DNA of 64,000 nucleotides from Eledone cirrhosa. Lineage: Eukaryota. A program made the translations under genes and the position numbers. The DNA lies in NCBI GenBank assembly GCA_964016885.1, contig OZ024740.1, positions 292,950,001 to 293,014,000 on the forward strand. Direction: 5' to 3'. Of this stretch, positions 1-14,351 are shown one piece after another. The notes beneath the pieces are model-generated. The model worked only from the letters and a program-made list of their open reading frames with translations. It searched no databases and was not told the origin of the DNA. The number at the start of each line of letters is the position of its first letter. Within the stretch, counting starts at the first letter, position 1.

Positions 1-34
1 TATAGTTTAAGCCGAGTCTAGACTTTTGTAGGAC

Positions 35-36
<2 letters not shown>

Positions 37-108
<72 letters not shown>

Positions 109-141
109 CTCTCTCTCTGCCTCTCCCTCTGTGTCTCTCTC
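37..141. repeat. (TC)n microsatellite
   Basis: Direct dinucleotide run. Confidence 0.95.
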
Positions 142-887
142 TTTAAATGTGTGTGTGTTCATGATGTCAGTCGTCACAAAAATGTATGTATACTCACACA
201 CACATGCACTCTCACATACACTCACACACATATGTGCAGATGTGTGTTTTTAATTCTCTGTGTATCTGATTAAATATTTACGTGAAAATCTGTGTGTATG
301 CCACTTACTAAGGCCTAACGTACGTAACGAACACGCAAACACACACACTCACAGATACATACACACTAATATAAAAAAAATGTGACGCTGTCGTCGTTGT
401 CAACTTGTCCGTTGACTATAGTAGATTATTTTAGATAAAATGTTATAATGTTTTAATACAAATGAAAATAGAAATTGCATGTTCTTAATCTCGGGGTCTA
501 ATAATATTACGTTGTAAAATTTGAGATTTGATTTGGTCGAGCCGTTTTATAATGTATAAGGAATTGACAGAGAACAAAGAATTTTATATATAGAGAGATA
601 TTTAGTACATTTTCAGCTTTACAAAAGTGTAAGTGATCGAAAATATCAGAAAAAACAAATCATGTTTATACGTTGGGTAAGCGTAATATTGGTACTTCAT
701 TATGCATCCTTTTTCATTTGTTTGCATTTATATATATCACCTATGAATTCTGTAGATTCACTAATCTGAAATCTAAAAAAATATTGCTCCTATTTCACAT
801 AAAATGTCTATTAATTGCTTGAGTATGAACTTAGAAGTTAAAATAAATAAAAAAATGTATCAGCTTTCAAATAAATAGTTGTAAACT

Positions 888-1000
888 GATTCTGATGAAG
901 GACTAGCACCAGAAACATTAAGACTCCCTTCTTGCTATATCAAACGTTAAACTAATACATATCTCCATTTTACTGTATCGTTATGCTGTGTTATTGTGCG
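888..1000 (+). ncRNA. Degenerate minimal hammerhead motif in a PLE-type terminal repeat
   Basis: CTGATGA-AGGACTAGCACC-A-GAAAC at 892-916. The downstream sequence (AAGACTCCCTTCTTGCTATATCAAACGTTAAACTAAT) matches the better-preserved minus-strand copy at 46852-46887. Confidence 0.45.
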
Positions 1001-1289
1001 TATAACTTTCGTATACTCACACAAACGCGCGCGCGTGTACACACACTTTCACACACACACGTGCGCATCTCCATACATATAACGTGATACTTTGCGACCT
1101 ATTCTTAACGCGTAACCAATACCCAATAGTATTATCAATTTGAAGATGGAGACTAGAAGTCTTCGAAACTTCAATACATTCATTGATTTAGAAACGCCAT
1201 TGTTAAAAAGTAAGCAGAATGAATTAATAGAAAACATCTGAATAAAAATGTTTAAACTAAAGTACTCACGTGCTTTCAACATACACATA

Positions 1290-1472
1290 TAATTGTTTCT
1301 AATTTAGGCACAGCACAAGGCCAGCAATTACCCAGTGCATTACTGGTACTTTATTTTATCGACCCCGTAAGGATGAAAGGCAAAGTCAACCTCGGCGGGA
1401 TTTAAACTCAGATCGTAAAGGGACGTAACTATAGTGGAAAGCATGGCGTCCGACACTCTACCGATACTGGCA
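1290..1472 (-). mobile_element. tRNA-derived SINE with Nin-type central domain
   Basis: On the minus strand: B-box-like GAGTTTAAATCCC, then TTGCCTTTCATCCTTACGGGGTCGATAAAATAAAGTACCAG. More than 10 related copies occur in the window. Confidence 0.8.
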
Positions 1473-1499
1473 ATAAAGCATACACATACAAATACAAAT

Positions 1500-1613
<114 letters not shown>

Positions 1614-1775
1614 GACGTAAATAAGAAAGTTATGAAAATTGACTTACTTACTAAAATTTCACTCCAACTAATTAGTTTCTGTAAGGGGATAAATATGGTT
1701 ACTTATCGTTTCCATAGAGAAGCCTTACGTCATCAGGGAGTCTATTCTCAGCTATATATATATAATTCATCGCCG

Positions 1776-1839
<64 letters not shown>

Positions 1840-1893
1840 CGGCGATGAATTAGTTTTGCGAGGTTTTTTATATGAAATCGTGTGTCGAAACAA

Positions 1894-2491
1894 ATATTGT
1901 TATACTTCGGGAGGGTCATATTTGTGTAATATTGCCAGAATTAATAACAGAACACACTCACTGTTTGGTTCGTTTTCGCTTTTCGCTTCTGTGTCTTTTA
2001 TATCGGTAATCTAATTTATTCGGTCTCAATGTTGCCATTGACTGACCAACGGTCAAAAATAATACAGATACAATATAGACACAAACACATATATATAGTT
2101 TATCAAAGTTCTTTCGTTGCACATCTGCAACATCGTCAGTGGTGCTACAGATTCCTCCCGTTGCATTGTATTTCTACGCCATCTTTATTTATCTGTATAC
2201 TAAATAAAGATGGCGTAGAAATACAATGCAACGGGAGGAATCTATAGCACCACTGACGATGTTGCAGATGTGCTACGAAAGAACTTTGATAAACTATATA
2301 TATGTGTTTGTGTCTATATTGTATCTGTATTATTTTTGACCGTTGGTCAGTCAATGGCAACATTGAGGACCGAATAAATTTGATTGCCGATATAAAAGAC
2401 GCAGAAGCGAAAAGTGAAAACCAACCAAACAGTGAGTGTGTTCTGTTATTAATTCTGGCAATATTACATAAATATGACCCTCCCCAAGTCT

Positions 2492-2498
<7 letters not shown>
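1894..2498. mobile_element. ~600 bp fold-back palindrome (inverted PLE pseudo-LTR pair) with a hammerhead core in each arm
   Basis: Arms 1894-2191 and 2201-2498 are near-perfect reverse complements around a 9-nt loop. Each arm reads CTGACGA-T-GTTGCA-GATG-TGC(A/T)AC-GAAA-GAAC-TT. The right arm ends in (TA)n. Confidence 0.75.
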
Positions 2499-2562
<64 letters not shown>

Positions 2563-2579
2563 TAAATATATATATGTAC

Positions 2580-2636
<57 letters not shown>

Positions 2637-2661
2637 ACATATATATATATATATATATATA

Positions 2662-4340
2662 CTAGCAGAAGTACCCGGCGTTGCCCGGGTGTAAGTCGAC
2701 CTTTGGTCTGTTAGAATCTGTGAAAGTTACTTCCCGCGCATCACAGGTTCAAAACTTCGAACTTCAATGGAAAAAAATAGGTTAGTAGACACAGGTGTGT
2801 AATTTATTAATTGTAGTTACACAGTGTATCGTTGAAATTGTTCTCTGCACGACTGACGAAAGTCAAAATCGCTTGATATTGAATGTTCAGTTAATTTAAA
2901 GCAGGGTGAAAATGTCGATTACTTTCAGGTTTTTTTTTTTTTACAATTTTTGCGCTCACATGTGCAGAAGAAGAATTAAAAGGGCCTTTATCTTAACCGC
3001 GGCATAATGGCGAGTCTTTTGTGACAGTTTTCTAGAATATAGGACGTTCCTGTAAAAAGTTTTCCCATGTGTAACTTTGCCTTGTTTTTTTGCGCAAAGT
3101 CGAGCCCCGCTTCAGTTTTATTGATTTTTTACATCAATGCGTGATCTCTGAAGTAGATTTGAGTAGCTAAAAATCTGTCCCGGTAAATTTGCTATAGGTG
3201 AAAAAAAGTTGATCAAAATTGTATCTAGGGTTATTGCCCTTTGCCACAGCCTCAAGCCTCGTCTGACGGGATGTTGGTGATTCCTCCGTCAGCGCTTGTT
3301 GGCGACGAAGGCGAACATCAGCAAGCCTTGTCGTACGTGATGTTGGTGACTCAACCAGCCGGGAAAGACATCTATCAGCGAGTCGAGATTCGCGCTCAGC
3401 AGGTGTTTCCTAGAGAAAATTAATTAATTCTACTGGTTAGCTAAGCCAATGGCAGTGTCAATAGTAAATGAAAAAAGTCTAACATGAACAAAAGGGAATC
3501 AAGGTAAGACAATAAATTTAATATAACTACGACTAGAATGTTGTAGTTGCTTAAAAGTGGTGACAGTTAGGATAAACGCAGTACTTGCTAACATTAAGGG
3601 AGAATATTGCATAAAGGATTAATCAATTGTGAATGAACTCATACCTGAGAACGCCTAATTCGTTGTCTCAAAGCAATAGCTGTACCTTTTTTGGAGGTAA
3701 GTCTTGAACGTTTCAGTGTGGGCATAACGACGTGTAACGAAGCTGTTAGGTTAGAGAGAGGTGATTAAATACAGAGAGAGATGACACCAGATTCGTTAGC
3801 ATGGTTACTGGTGAATGGGAAGGTTTGGAAATATGATTACAATAACTTACCGAATTTTCCCGTCTATAAATTGCACTTAAAATAATTAAATTTAATAAAA
3901 AAACAGCTCTGCGCTTTATACTCCGGTGAGCCTTATGTATAAATAATACAATGGTAATCAATCACGGCTCTAACAGAAGTAATAGATCTAGACTAAAAGT
4001 AAAGAAGAGAGCATTTTCTGGTTGGCCTTATACGCCGTTGCGCGGACCTGATTTTAAATGATACGCCTTATATCCTTGAAGCCTTATAGAGCGGAAAATA
4101 TCTATTGGAAAAGAATACGAATTCATGACCAAGGTGTGACAAAATAGGCGTCTATACAGCGCCTGAAACAAATTTGTCCAAAACCCTAGGATTTTTCTCG
4201 TGTTGCAAAAATTCTTGTGGTCAAAACAATTTTGATTGGTCGGTAGATGTCATGTGAATGTAAAAAATTGATTTTGCGCCAAATGTAGGTTTGTGTCGAC
4301 TGACTGAGAAATGACTCTTTCACAACAAATATGTGTGTGT
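2662..4340 (-). mobile_element. Non-autonomous Helitron (3' end clear, 5' boundary uncertain)
   Basis: Minus strand ends CCCGG-GCAACG-CCGGG hairpin + TACTTCTG + CTAG|T, the canonical Helitron 3' terminus. Confidence 0.6.
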
Positions 4341-4434
4341 GTAGTAGTAGTAAAGTGGTCGTTGTTTTGATAATGGTTAGCATGGATGTGTGTGCGAACC
4401 GCAGCCTGTTGACAGTTCAAATGCCTATTAAGAC

Positions 4435-4574
<140 letters not shown>

Positions 4575-4811
4575 CAGAGTAATTCGTCGTAGAGGGTTGG
4601 TCAGTAGGAATGTGTCTGTAAGTGAGTGGGGGATATTTTAACATGTTAAAAGATATTTTTCAGCTCTTGTCTTACACGGAGAAGGGTGTGTGTGTGTGTG
4701 TAGCAGAGTAATTCGTGGTAGAGGGATGGTCAGTAGGAATGTGTCTGTAAGTGAGTGGGGATATTTTAACATGTTAAAAGATATTTTTCAGCTCTTGTCT
4801 TATACGGAGAA

Positions 4812-4847
<36 letters not shown>

Positions 4848-4888
4848 GTCTCTTTGTATGTTAATGTACGTGTGTGTATGTGTGTGTG

Positions 4889-4922
<34 letters not shown>

Positions 4923-5198
4923 AGAGAATGTGTGTGTGGGTGGACCAGTATTTTTTTCCTGGTAAAATGGTGTACATTATTCGATATTTTCAGTAAAATC
5001 GATTCTCTCAGAACATCAAAAACCTTAATAATAAAAGGTGTGAAATGATACTCACTATATATATATTCACTATATATATATATATTTGTGTTGCACCATA
5101 GAACATGTGTGTTTACGTATGTCATTGTGTTTATATGTGGGTAGAGATGTGTGCTGATGTAGGTATGTATGTTGACGTGTGTATGTTGTGGGTTCGTC

Positions 5199-5548
5199 TT
5201 AGGAAGAAGTGTTTAGACGGGGTCCGTATTTGTTAATAAAGTAAGATTCCTTGCTGATGCGCTGGGTGTGGGTGGCATTATCTTTAAATTTGTAGAGGAG
5301 AAAGATTCTGAAGTTGGGATGATTTTGGGCGGCACAGGTATCAATGTGTTCACTCAGTGGTATTTTCCTGTATTCCCGTATTTTAATTTGGGATCTATGG
5401 ACAGTCATGCGTTGGCGGAGGCTGTTTTTGGTCTGGCCTATGTATTGTTCTCGACAACCTGAGCAAGTTCATACATATATTAGATTTTCCGATGCACATG
5501 TGAAATTGTGTTTTACTATAAAACGTTGTCCTTCTTTGAAATAGAATT
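5199..5548 (-). pseudogene. Penelope-like element GIY-YIG endonuclease 3' fragment
   Basis: Translation FTCASENLIYV*TCSGCREQYIGQTKNSLRQRMTVHR...KESYFINKYGPRLN has the IY...YIGQT...R..H and E/N motifs, with one in-frame stop. Confidence 0.8.
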
Positions 5549-5777
5549 CCGAATATGTATATATGTATATGTAAACTTTTATATGTAATAATCTCCCATT
5601 AGGTTGAGATACAAATTTGGCTGTATTGTGCTGTGCTTTCTAGCAAAAATGCCACCAGTCGTAAGCAACTACCACATCCCTTCCAACCTGACTGCGGCTA
5701 CATCACGATTCCTAGCCATTTTGAATGAATTCTTGGCGCGATCACTTTGGAAAATTTAGTGTCTAGATAAGAGCAAA

Positions 5778-5863
5778 TCTCCTGATGAATCCGGTGCTCG
5801 AGTTTATATAATTATTACATAATTATTGGAAAGCTCAAAATGCGGATGAAACCATGGTAGAGG
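5778..5863 (+). ncRNA. Type I hammerhead ribozyme
   Basis: Stem I TCTC/GAGG; core CTGATGA (5782-5788); stem II ATCCG/CGGAT with an extended inner helix; GAAA; palindromic stem III CCATGG; cleavage triplet GUA. Confidence 0.75.
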
Positions 5864-6204
5864 TATTTAAATGTATTCTATTTTCTCCTAGTTTATTTTA
5901 GACCTAATTCTGTTTAGTTGACTGTATCTGGGCGATTACGCTGTCGAAATATTCGATAAATATTCCGTTGCGGCCGACGCGAAGGGATAGTTTCCGTTAT
6001 TTGTTGAAGATTTCTTCATAGAAGCCTCTTTCTTATAGCCTGGTCTATTCGATTTTTTATATAGTTAATTATGCTAATTGGGAGAGGAAATGGTATATAT
6101 TTTATCTTGTGATTCTATAGACATATTTTATGATATATAGCTCTGATTGTTTAATTTATTAATTTTTCATTGAGCCACAAAGCGACCTTTTGCAAAACAC
6201 GTAT

Positions 6205-6729
<525 letters not shown>

Positions 6730-7035
6730 CATGGGGGAGATGTATAAAATGACATGTAAAAGCTGTCATGGGGTGTACTATATATAGTGTAAAGATAAGC
6801 CGGTGGCTTTAAACAATGTAGGTCTGGTGGCTGTAAGAATCATTTATTATCTGACAGATGAAGAATTTATCACTGTAGTGAGGATAGTAATATTTGTGTA
6901 GTCTATATTAGATGAAAGGTTGGTCTAGCTTTCTCATCATCAATAACATACATGTATAAGACAACATTAACAGAGTAGCAATATAATGGGCAAGTTAATA
7001 CAGAAGTTAAGGAGGCAATATATATATATATACAT

Positions 7036-7074
<39 letters not shown>

Positions 7075-7083
7075 GAAAGCTTG

Positions 7084-7135
<52 letters not shown>

Positions 7136-7444
7136 TCATAGATACATACAAATATACATATATGCATTTATACATATACGTATATCTTAAGATATAATAG
7201 TTGAAACATGTATGTTTCTACTTGTATATCACAGTTGTTGTTTTTTACCTTAGTAGTAGAAATTGTGCATAGTGGCACCACTTTATAAGAAGACCGTTGG
7301 CCATACGACATTTTCCGATAACTTTAAAAGTCTTACTTAAATTTATTAATAACGAATAACATATACATACAACAGAAGTAAATCGATTTTTGATAAGGAA
7401 GAAGGAAGAGAGAAAAATGAGTGAAAGTTTGTGATAAAGAGCGA

Positions 7445-7457
7445 AAGAGAGAAAGAT

Positions 7458-7550
<93 letters not shown>
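7445..7550. repeat. (GA)n microsatellite
   Basis: Direct run. Confidence 0.95.
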
Positions 7551-7554
<4 letters not shown>

Positions 7555-7864
7555 AGGGTGGGTTAGACAAAAGCGATTCTAAACAAACGTAATCTGTATA
7601 GTTATTCATTTCGAACTTATGTATATTTGTAATGTCGAACATATTTTCTTTTATCAAAAATTGATTTTGTAAAATGAAAATGCCGACAGATGGAACAATT
7701 TTTACTTAACTATAAATGAAGCGACAAATCTCCACCAAAACGTTTCCTAATATTAATGTTCTATTCGTTATATTCCATTTCTAATCAATCTGTATATCAA
7801 TTATACGGCTATTCTTATCTTATAAAACCTGCGTCTCATCTCTATAAATATGTATGTATATGTG

Positions 7865-8110
7865 AAGTCACGTCGCTTAGGGGTTGGAGTGCATTTGCAC
7901 ACGATTGTAAGGTAGTGGTTTTGATTCCCGGCAATAGATTGTATAACACATTACTTCACATTGCTCCAGAGTTCGACCTGCAATTGAGTGCCAGCTAGTA
8001 ACACTCATGTCACTACGAACCTACCTGACTATTGCATTAATTGTCCACGTGTCTGTGGAATGTTCAGTGACTTTTCACATTATATACACGAACAGGCAGC
8101 TCCTCTTTTA
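7865..8110 (+). mobile_element. Second, degenerate tRNA-derived SINE family
   Basis: A-box-like GTCGCTTAGGGGTTGGAGTG and B-box-like GGTTTTGATTCCC. Related segments lie near 47400-47580 and 63060-63210. Confidence 0.45.
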
Positions 8111-8639
8111 CAAAGAACACACATCGTCGTCGGTACCGACAGGGTTCCAAAATCCAATTATAGGACTTATTAAACGAAATATACGATAGAATTTATCCTA
8201 TATTTCGACTACTTTGTCCACAATTCAATACACACACACATATATATAAGTATGTATATATAAACATACATGTATGTATATATGTGTATGTATATATGTA
8301 TATATGTGCATGTATATATGTGTATATATATAAATATATATATGTATACATATCTATATGTGCGTGTGCGTGTGTGCATGTTTTTGTGTGTGTGTATGTG
8401 CGTGTGTGTATATGGGTGTGTGTATGTGCCATCCAGCATACGGCGGATGTGCTGTAATTTAACCGGTATATTCGACTATTTAGCATATGAATTATGGCAG
8501 CTTTTCACAATGTTTTCTGATTTAGGCACACAGCCAGCAATTTTTAGGGATAGGGGAAGTCGATTCAATCGATTCCAGTGCAATACTGGTACGTTATTCT
8601 ATCGATCCAGTATGGATTAAATACAAGGTGTACACAGAT

Positions 8640-9200
8640 CTTCTAAATACGGAGAAATCGATATCGTTGATATTAAGCTTAAATTTGTAGTTCAGTCTTG
8701 TTGGAAAGGAAGGCGGAAATTTCATAGAGCCGGTCATCTTAGTGTGCATAGTGTGGACTTGGAAGTTTGAGGAAATCACATGTGGGACGAGAGTAGAGGA
8801 GAAAAATGTAAAGGGAGTACCAGAGTGGAGCTGTCATTAGACTAGCAAGCCTTGGTAGAAGATGTAAGTATTAGGTAGCATGTCTGTGTGTTATGTATAT
8901 CATCACCTGGTCCGACCGCTTGGACCAGAGTGGTTCCAGCAATAGACACAAAAGCAAGGAATGATGCTATTGAAATGCTGACGTATTATGTATACCCCAC
9001 AAGGGCAAGTACAGTACACATGACATGTGTACTGTATGACAAATGGCTCAGAATGTTTGGAACAAACCAGGGCTAGAGTAGTAGAAGCTCGATTTATCGC
9101 TAAATTTAGTTAGATGAGGATGGGTTTTACATGGGAGATTGTTTCTTTACACTCGTGGTCAGCGTAAAGACGGAAATTTGAAACCTTGTCCGAAGTTTCG
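8640..9200 (-). pseudogene. Decayed non-LTR retrotransposon 3' fragment (CR1/L2-like)
   Basis: Minus-strand end reads FPPSFPTRLNYKFKLNINDIDFS, resembling CR1/L2 ORF2 C-termini. Heavily disrupted. Confidence 0.3.
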
Positions 9201-9676
9201 ATATGGCAGATAGGTGATATTGTCAACTAGGATCTATAGGATTACAAATGGAACTTTTATCCTCATGACAATGCAAACTGGATTTGCACACAGGCATAGA
9301 AGAAATATGTGTACAATGTACGAAAAATGTTAATTCTGTCACAAGCTCAGAGGCTCATCAGGCCGGTGCTATTATCAGTTCCCTTGGTGCTACGCGGCTG
9401 AGAGTACTCTGAGACACTCTGCCCCATCTGAACAGGGCACCTGTTCATTGCAGGGTTACCTTACAACTACCGCAGCTATTCATTTTTTGCCGAGTGTACT
9501 GGAGTATCGGTAAATTAAGTGTTTTGTTCTAGAACAAAATGGACCACTTGGTTCAGGAATTAAGTCAACTCCATTATGAAGTCCACTCCATTATAAACGT
9601 AAGTACGACACACTAACCTATAGAACACCTGCCTTCTCTAGTACTATGCATATGAGTGTATATTATTAATTCATAT

Positions 9677-9820
9677 GGAAGGATGAAAGGCAAAGTTATC
9701 CTCTGAGTTCAAATCCCACCGAGGTTAACTTTGCCTTTCATCCTTCCGGGGTCGATAGAATAAAGTACCAGTAATGTACTGGAATAATTGCTGGCCTTGT
9801 GCCAAAAGTAGAAACAATTA
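9677..9820 (+). mobile_element. Nin-type tRNA SINE, 5'-truncated, with a short inverted fragment
   Basis: GAGTTCAAATCCC...GCCTTTCATCCTTCCGGGGTCGATAG, preceded by inverted GGAAGGATGAAAGGCAAAGTTA. Confidence 0.7.
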
Positions 9821-11339
9821 TTAATTCATATGGTTTCCTCTCTTGAGAAGATGTGCTTGTTTGAGTGAGTGGTGCTGATTTTATTCTCTTACTGATCATC
9901 TGTGTTCCACATTTCATATCAACTTGTAGAAGTGAAGGATGAATTTTTTTACAATTCATTTGATTTGCGAAAAATAAGTATACAAATGGATTAACTTTAA
10001 ATTCGTTTATAGCAACACATAATCTAATAGATATTTTTGAAAATGTATTTAGATGTGAAAAAAAGCTATCACTCAATACATTAAACTAAATATTTGGTGT
10101 GTTTGCAAATTTCAAATATTGTCCTTAACAAAACAGAAAATATTCCTTAAAACTATTATACTCTCGTAAGAAAGTTTGCATACGATTTCCTGTAAAATGT
10201 CAAATGATATGAAATGAAATTTCAACTTTACAATCAGCAAAAATATAGTAATTCTTCGCAGAAAATACTGCACAAATTCCGTAGAAAAACAGAAAATTAT
10301 TTACAACAATGTAGTCTTTATATATCATTTTCAACTGTATTTGTAGCAACATATGTGTACATAAATGTGTAGCACATACACATATATAGCATACATAGAA
10401 AACAATGTGGATATACATACATACATACATAGCATACATAGCATACATATGTATATACATAATAATGTGGATATACATACACACATAATACATATATACA
10501 TACATAATGCATACATATATTCACACATTCACACGTACATACACACATATATACATATATGCATACATAGGCACATAGACGCATACACACATGCATACAT
10601 ACATACACATCTACATACATACACACATAATAATACATGCGTACACACATACATAGGTAAATACATACATTCATATATACAAATACACATATACATTCAT
10701 AGACACAATACATACATAATATAATACTAAAGATTAGAGAAAAAGAGCATATTTATGCTGAACTAATGAGGAATCTGCAGACACTCCACCCACTATACCT
10801 TTAGATTTGATCCTGACCTGTGATTATGTGGACTCTAGGATATGTTACTAACTGCCTCAGTATAAATCTTCACAGAACCCGAAAGAGTATGTCTAGGTCG
10901 AAAGTTGCAGGAAACAGTTCATTAACGGAACTGTAAAAACATTTTAGAAATTCATGTAATATCTGCATATACATACGCATAGATCAAATACATATGCCCG
11001 TATATACATATAGCTCAAAACATACAAATCCACACATACATTAACATCCATACCTGCACACACACATACACACACAAAAAAACATACAGACATACATATG
11101 TATTTACCTAGCGCATGTTTAAATTCCAATCAAAGAGTTTTGTTTCTATATTAGAAACCGACTCTCTTTCTATTGCTGAACATGTTTAAAGCCATAAGAA
11201 TGTAAATGAGTCTCCGTCGGCTTCGGCGATTTGTATTTGGTTGTTCGACTAACTAGTCAACGAATTAACGTGTTAGTGACTGAGCATTTTACAAACATGT
11301 TTAGCGTTAAAGTATCTCTAAGCAAAATCGGAATCACAT

Positions 11340-12060
11340 AGATCTGACTTAGATAGTACCAACAGAATCGACTGAAAGAGCAGTCACTTCTGTACTTGTG
11401 ATAGATTCATCAGATCCCACCTGGAAGAATACAGCTTGGCTATTCGGAAACAGGGGATAGCTAACAAATACCTGATTAATATGTGAGATAATGATTCCTC
11501 CAATACCCAATATTGGTATAGAAAATACCAATTGTATCATATTCATTTCCTCAGCAGCTATCCATAAATGAGGTACAACGACTCAAGAGGTAAGACATAG
11601 AAACGAAAACTCTTTACAAGAAGGCTTGCTATGATAGTCATGCTAAAGGTCAACCAGAGCCAGAATGTATCTACACCTGCAGAAATTTGGTACCCTGGTG
11701 TAACATCCCAATGAAGAGAGGAATCCACTGTAAACACAACGAGCCATATATAGGTTTATGGTACAGGGAACAAGAGTGATGCACTATTAGAGAGGTCAGT
11801 TGACCATCATGTACTCTTATAGAGATCAGCTGACCACTGGATGTGAATATATTATCTACAGTTGAGGAAAAAGAAAACATCTGCGGTAAATTAATGCAGA
11901 ACTTGCATATATTGTATCTTAGCTATAGATACACATTTAAACCTGTTATCATAGATGCACTGGACTATGTAACTACCGGTTTGAAACTAATCGATAAGTG
12001 GTACAGTGAAGATATGTAAGACATTACCAATATTTTTTATTTGGTCTTCCTTGGAGGAAT
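11340..12060 (+). pseudogene. Decayed R4-clade-like LINE, restriction-like endonuclease end
   Basis: Fragments such as IEISxPLDVNILSTVEEKENICGKLMQNLHILYLSYRYTFKPVIIDAL resemble the PD-(D/E)xK C-terminus and the 34296-34484 fragment. Confidence 0.5.
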
Positions 12061-12258
12061 ATATCGATATATACATACATTTAAATGCGAGCAAATAATC
12101 GATAGACCTTAGTCAGTTTTGGCTATGAATGTTTCAGTTGCGGAACATTTATCGTTGAAACTGATATTCTACACTCCGAAATCTGTTAATCCCGATGAAG
12201 GGCAAATGTCCGACACATTGACTGTTTAATTCACTTTCTTTTAGGCGTGAAACTAATA

Positions 12259-12375
<117 letters not shown>

Positions 12376-13479
12376 TATATATTGATATATATATATATAT
12401 ATATATAGTAATAATAATAAATTTGAAGACTAAAATCCAAATGTGTGTGTGTGTGTGTGTATGCGTGCGTGCGTGCGTGTGTGTGCGTTTGTTTGTTTGT
12501 TTGTGTGTGTGTGTGTGTGTGTGTGTAGAACAACTAGTGTTATAGTATTAGTTGGTATAATGTTTCAGAGATAGAATAATTATTAAATGTTGTTTAGTCC
12601 CAAGACCGCTCTGTTCAAGCAAACCGATAATCAAAACTAATCCAGATGGATTCTCTCCCCTTTTCGGGTATTGCATAGCTAGCACAATATTATCTCATGA
12701 GTTTCTTTTCTTCTTTTTATATAAAACGAAAATTTGTAATTTGACGGGGATTTGGCTGCTATCTTTAGTCTTTGATCTCTTATAACGAAGGCCCATTGTG
12801 ATTTATTTGTCGCGAGGCGAAATTCAACACCATATCCCCATACACCCAGCCTCCACTTCCACATATAGGCAATAGACTTCAGGATTATGACTAATTGAAT
12901 AAATGACTTGTCACGTGAGCAATGATATTCTTCTTCACTAACACCGATTTAAGGCATCGATTTCACCTGTCATCCCAACTGAATCTACTCCCTCCTCTTT
13001 TTTATTTCATTTATCTTCACCTCTTACTAATCACCCTCTCAATTTATGATACATCGTCCCTAATCCTTATTCTCCTACATCTCAGTCCATAGTTCCACAC
13101 GATGTTTAAATCCTTTGATAACATAAACGAGAAACATAAGTCAGTTCTTATTCTGTAAGTTTACATTGCGCAGTAAGCAGATTAGTTAAGGCTAAACGGT
13201 TGCAATGCTGGTTCTAAGCTGGACTCAAGTATCCAGTGCAATTGATATATGACTTGCTTACACTGATCATTCACCGTGGAGTGCTGGTGAAATGAGTGGG
13301 AAAATGTAATATCTATACACACATACATACATATATATACGTGTATATATATATATCTATATATCTTCCTGCTATATCAAGCGTTAACCTAATATGTCCC
13401 TTCCATATACTGTACCGATTGTGTTATTATTTCTGTTTACCTTTTACACACATATATATATGTATGTATGTATATATAT

Positions 13480-14028
13480 GGTCGGGTCATTGGCGACTAA
13501 ACTGGCAACCCCACCAAGGTTTCTTGGTGAGGAGGGTGACTTTGGACATCATGCAGGACTAAAAACAAAACATGTCAAATGGCAAAGGAGCTCTTAAGAG
13601 TCAATGGCCACCCAAAATCACCGGGAGACATGACCCCTTAGCCTTTGTCAAGGCAGAATACTAGGAGAAGGAAAACTCTGATATAACACCTGCAACCCTG
13701 ATGGTATCCAATGATGTTAACTTGTTCTTCTTTTTGGTAAATATCATCTTGGTTAAGAGAGTGGGACTGGCTTTGTGCAGTACCTTTGCTCATTATAAAA
13801 ACTTCACTGTACAGGCATTGCTTTATATCTGGAGATCTCTCTGCACTTGTCGTCACATGGTACCATGGCCCAGCACTATGTGTCAATAATTGTCACAAGT
13901 GTAGTGTTTGTACCAGAGTTTTCAAGTCGCTGGCTGGACTAAAAAGCCACACTCATTCAGCGCATCGGTAAGGATTCTCCTACATGGATATAAAGTAGTG
14001 GCCGTACTCGAAAACGAGTTGGCAGCCA

Positions 14029-14030
<2 letters not shown>
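13480..14030 (+). mobile_element. Non-autonomous RTE-derived element (5' end fused to 3' end)
   Basis: Encodes the C2H2 remnant CSVCTRVFKSLAGLKSHTHSAH and ends GTACTCGAAAACGAGTTGGCAGCCACC+(TA)n. Close relatives at 57110-57690. Confidence 0.6.
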
Positions 14031-14067
<37 letters not shown>

Positions 14068-14073
14068 TGTGTG

Positions 14074-14182
<109 letters not shown>

Positions 14183-14324
14183 TCTGCAATATTGGCTATA
14201 TTGACCACCCCAACATGACCATCCCCAAATATAACAATATATTCCTATATTAACTTTCTGACTACCACTTTTTATTTTATTTGGTTATATGACTAGTTAC
14301 CTAACATCTATCACTTGGGTTTAA

Positions 14325-14351
14325 TATCTATCTATCTATCTATCTATCTAT
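14325..14351. repeat. (TATC)n target microsatellite, left flank of the retrotransposon stack
   Basis: About 6.5 TATC units directly abut element 1. Confidence 0.9.

Noticed and set aside
9890-9925. Candidate minus-strand mini-exon of the NCX gene (a second candidate near 36975-37000)
   Set aside because: Only chance splice-like words, no NCX similarity; the second candidate introduces a stop in the required phase.
12191-12222. CCGATGA-AGGGC-AAAT-GTCC-GACA
   Set aside because: Two core substitutions; at most a dead hammerhead relic.
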